Shown here in pieces: positions 60,309-64,000 of a DNA stretch of 64,000 nucleotides. How positions within the stretch are numbered: the first letter of the stretch is position 1; each line of letters begins with the position of its first letter. Both the position numbers and the translations under genes were made by a program. The notes beneath the pieces were generated by a model. The model was not told the DNA's origin, made no database searches, and saw nothing but the letters and a program-made list of their open reading frames with translations. Source of the stretch: Azolla caroliniana (taxonomy: Eukaryota > Plantae > Polypodiophyta); assembly GCA_043228905.1 (NCBI GenBank), contig JBHGNT010000005.1, positions 20,832,001 to 20,896,000 of the forward strand, written 5' to 3'.

Positions 60309-63300
60309 ATGGAGTATCTTATTGCAAGAGAGAGTCTATTCCCCCGTTGGAAATGCATTAAAGAGACGTCATTACTGAGATTGAGGGGAGCTCGACATGC
60401 GACTTACATATGTGAGCAGGATATTTCAACATATTATCCTAAATGCAAATCTACCTTTACTATTCCCTCATGTCAGCAGAAATTCTCCATCAAATCTAAG
60501 GTGAGATTTCATTTGATGTCCTAGGTACATAGTTCAATAATTCTGTGCCATGTGGTATGTTTTTTTATCTGACATACTTGTGTTTGAAGTTTCTTGTAAT
60601 GAAAAGCTCTATCTAATCACATGCTATTCACATTTTCCTTTCAACTGCTTTATATCTTCTCCTGTCCATCCAATATGAATCAGTATTAAACGATCCAACA
60701 TTTTGAGTTAATCTTCCAGAATTCTAATAAAGAACATCTGAACTCACCAAAGTTCTACTGGCAATAGTAGAAGGCATAGAGCATCATCATGCTTTGCCAG
60801 AATCAACTACAATGTAACGACAAACTGAGATTCTTGCTGTGAGGCTTGGACACGAAAAGTATTGTCAAAAGCTCCACCACTACTGACGATATGATAACTC
60901 ACATGCAAAATCAAAGCTATGATAATAACATAACTTTCCAATCATGATTAACAGGACACAAAAATGTTGCCATTGCTATTAATATATAGAACACATCACT
61001 ATATTGCAGTGAATTCGAGGGAACACTTGGATGTGGATGTCATGGTCTTAAGATAACCCCCTCAAATCATGAAAAATGTGTATTTTATTCAGTTTGATTT
61101 TAGACAAGCTATTTCCTTGTTCCATGAGGAAAAGGAAACCTTGCATTGTAGACTACAACGGGATAAGATGCTGCCTAAATTTTGTTATTTTACAAAGACT
61201 TCGCACTTGATTTATAATTTTTTTATTGCGTGTATTGATATTGAAAAAATTCTAATGATTTTTACCAAGGCATGAACATTAAATTAAACCGTGAAATTAA
61301 CATGTTCAGTTTATTTAAAATTTACATTTTCAAAGTAAGCAGTGTGCTGACTGATTGACCGTCTGACCGATGGTTTTGTTGAATATCATGACAAGATCTT
61401 AGCTTCAGCTGAATCTGTGGACAAGCTAGATGACGGAGGGCACATTTCCTGGCCATCACCAGATGATGAGATTCCATTTTGGAAACAGAATTTCGGTCCA
61501 AGGTTGAAAACATTTTACGATATTTCAGCTTCAGATTCTCAGCATCAACATGTTGGTCAAGTTCCAGATAGCCTACACGTTCTCCATATTACTGCTGAAA
61601 TGGCACCGATAGCTAAAGTCGGTGGATTGGGTGACGTTGTCACTGGATTAGCGAGAGCATGTTTGGATATGGGTCACAACGTCGAAGTTATGCTTCCTTT
61701 CTACGAGAGTATCCCACAAGATCAGATCACAGATTTGACCGGTGGTGATGAATTTTCTTCTTTCTATAAAGGGGAGTGGTCATCAGTTGAGCTTTTCAGA
61801 GGAAAAGTTTCTGGAATACCTTGTTTGTTCATTCAGCCAAAGAATCAGTTCTTTAAGGGATCACGCATATATGGTGGAGATTATGATGAGCTTGAAGCTT
61901 ACTTGTTCTTTACTCGAGCATGCCTTGAATGGATGCAGGTCTGGTTCCGATCCTCCATCTTTCACACTCACTTACATGCAGACATTGCAAATGAAATGAC
62001 ATTCTAATGTGAAGTTTATTGAAGATAAGTAGCATCCTAAAATGGAGCTTTCTTTGCAGAGATCTTGGTATAGATTAAAGGGCTAACTTTTGTTTTATTC
62101 ATGGAAACAAGGTTAGGGGTTATCAACCAGATATTCTTCATGTACATGAATGGCAAACTAGTGGTTTGCCTTTGCTTTACTGGGATATCTACCATCATCT
62201 TTCCTTGAAGGTTAAAGCCTGAAACTCTCTGTTATATTCTGATTTCCAAATATCCTTTTGCTACGAATTTTATATGTGAATTATTGTTTCAGAAGCCCAG
62301 AATTGTGTTGACCATTCATAACATGGAGCACTATGGGGAATGCAGGCAAGATTCCTAGATTCTATCTATTTTGAGATTCTAAGAATAAAAAGCCTTGTGA
62401 TTGTGTGCAGAGTGGAGCAGTTGGATGCATGTGGTTTAGATGGCCAATCGTACTGCACCCTTGAGAAGGCAAGTTATCTTAGTCTAAAATAAGAGAAACA
62501 TATATTCTCTGTTAATAATGGACAAAGTATATTGTCTACATACTTTTGAATAACCTAAAGAGATAGTGTAAAATATCAAGTGCCCTTAATTTTGATATTA
62601 TGGCAAGCCCATCTAGCAAGCTATAAATTTAAAGAGCAAGAACAGAACAATTAAACAATAATCTTATGCTTCATAAAGAGAGTAGTATATGTAATCTCCC
62701 ATTGCCTTATGACAACATGTTAATCATCAGTTCCGTCAAGTGATATCATGCAAATAAGTTGATGTTTGTTTCCTTTTAAATGGATGTAATGTTGTTTTTT
62801 GCAGGCTATTGATGATCGTACAATAGGTCATAATCCAGAGAGATTGAGCCTGTTGAAAGGTGGGATTGTGTACAGTAATGCTGTCACGTGAGTAATGCAA
62901 CATTATCTGTAGTTTGTTTATTTCTCATTGGACCAATGAGCTCCTTATTGTGTTTAAAATGGATGGAAGTTCACTTCCAAGGTACTCCAATACTAGAAAC
63001 AATGAAAAAGCATGTCTTGGCTCATTTGGCTACCCATATTTAGTTTCTAAGAAACAACTCATAACCGAGCCATCTGACGTGGTTTAAAATGAAGAGTAGA
63101 AGATATTAATGATTTATTATGCTTGTGGGTTTGGACATATAACCACCGTTGCCCAATTATTAACAAAAACTTCAATTGCTCCACAAGTTATAACTTCTAT
63201 TCCAAACTATCAGATTAAAGACGTAGGCTCCTATTTTGAATGATATATTTAAGGATCTTCTTTCGTAGGAGATTATTGGAAGTATTTTATGGACTTCAAT

Positions 63301-64000
63301 GTCTGAACCCTAAAACAAATAGATTCTCAACCATTAATGTAGAAGTAATTACCAAAGGCATTCCTTTTCAGGATAGATAGATATTTTTTGAACAAACTTT
63401 TGAGCAACTGATTAGAGTATTCTGAAGTTTTCCATGGATTTCAATCAGTCTCCCATAAATGTCAAAAAAGATACAGAAGATGAATTGTGATCCATAATAT
63501 GCTAATCAGGCGCTCAAAAGTTTGTTCAAAATTTCATAAAACCACCAATATGATGTCCTCGCTTTGAGATTAGAGATTCTGAAGAAAGATTTCTCTTTCT
63601 ATTGAGAAAACAGGACAGTCTCACCAACTTATGCAACTGAAACCCTATGCTCAGATTGGCTGGCAAGCACACTGCTAAGGCACAAAGATAAGTAAGTTAG
63701 TTTTCACATTCCTTTATATTTCCTTTAATATATGAATTACTAATGGATGGTCACGTCTTAGATATTCTGGGATACTGAATGGAATAGACACAACTTTATG
63801 GGATCCTTCGCGAGATCCATACTTACCTGTAAACTATGACGGTAAGTCAGAAATTCATTATTATGCATAAAAAATAGGAATAACTACACCATGAAACTTT
63901 AGATTTTGTTTTCTAGCATCCAATGTGGAAGGGAAGCAACTTTGCAAAGAGTATGTCCAGAGAGGACTTGGTATGGAAATATGTTCATCTAAGAGCAAAC
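60309..64000 (+). CDS. Starch synthase (GT5), SS4-related, most like the SS6/SSVI clade; 3' part runs off the window and the 5' exons are uncertain
   Basis: [35 protein letters not shown] (KxGGL ADP-glucose motif), [52 protein letters not shown]. Confident exons start at ~61409; 60309-60500 is a candidate transit-peptide exon. Confidence 0.88.

Noticed and set aside
50337-60309. Functional cluster or bidirectional promoter of PGRL1 and starch synthase
   Set aside because: Start codons are ~10 kb apart with a Copia between them; no shared regulatory signal is visible.

Overview
Eukaryotic plant nuclear DNA, most consistent with a seed-free plant such as a fern (inference from TE lineages and gene set). 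1-17.4 kb is a nested retrotransposon stack. A Copia fragment is interrupted by a decayed minus-strand Gypsy, which carries a solo LTR and a long solo LTR. The long solo LTR is itself interrupted by an intact, very young chromovirus (8021-13789, Tcn1/Tf1-sushi type). A second Gypsy remnant follows, carrying a hAT-type non-autonomous element. The rest holds five intron-containing host genes: a YSL/OPT metal-nicotianamine transporter, a conserved plant WD40 protein, a DUF1639 protein, PGRL1, and an SS4-related (SS6-like) starch synthase running off the right end. Between them are a decayed Copia, a 5'-truncated LINE with TSD, a full-length but pseudogenised Copia, SINE-like relics and many simple repeats. 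The most interesting object is the intact chromovirus. It shows a Tf1-type self-priming PBS, a -1 frameshift signal (GTTAAAC plus hairpin), an outward-facing tRNA-like A-box/B-box module at the LTR terminus that is conserved in a diverged solo LTR, and strong enrichment of the palindrome TAGTACTA. Family assignments are from motif recognition by eye, not database searches.
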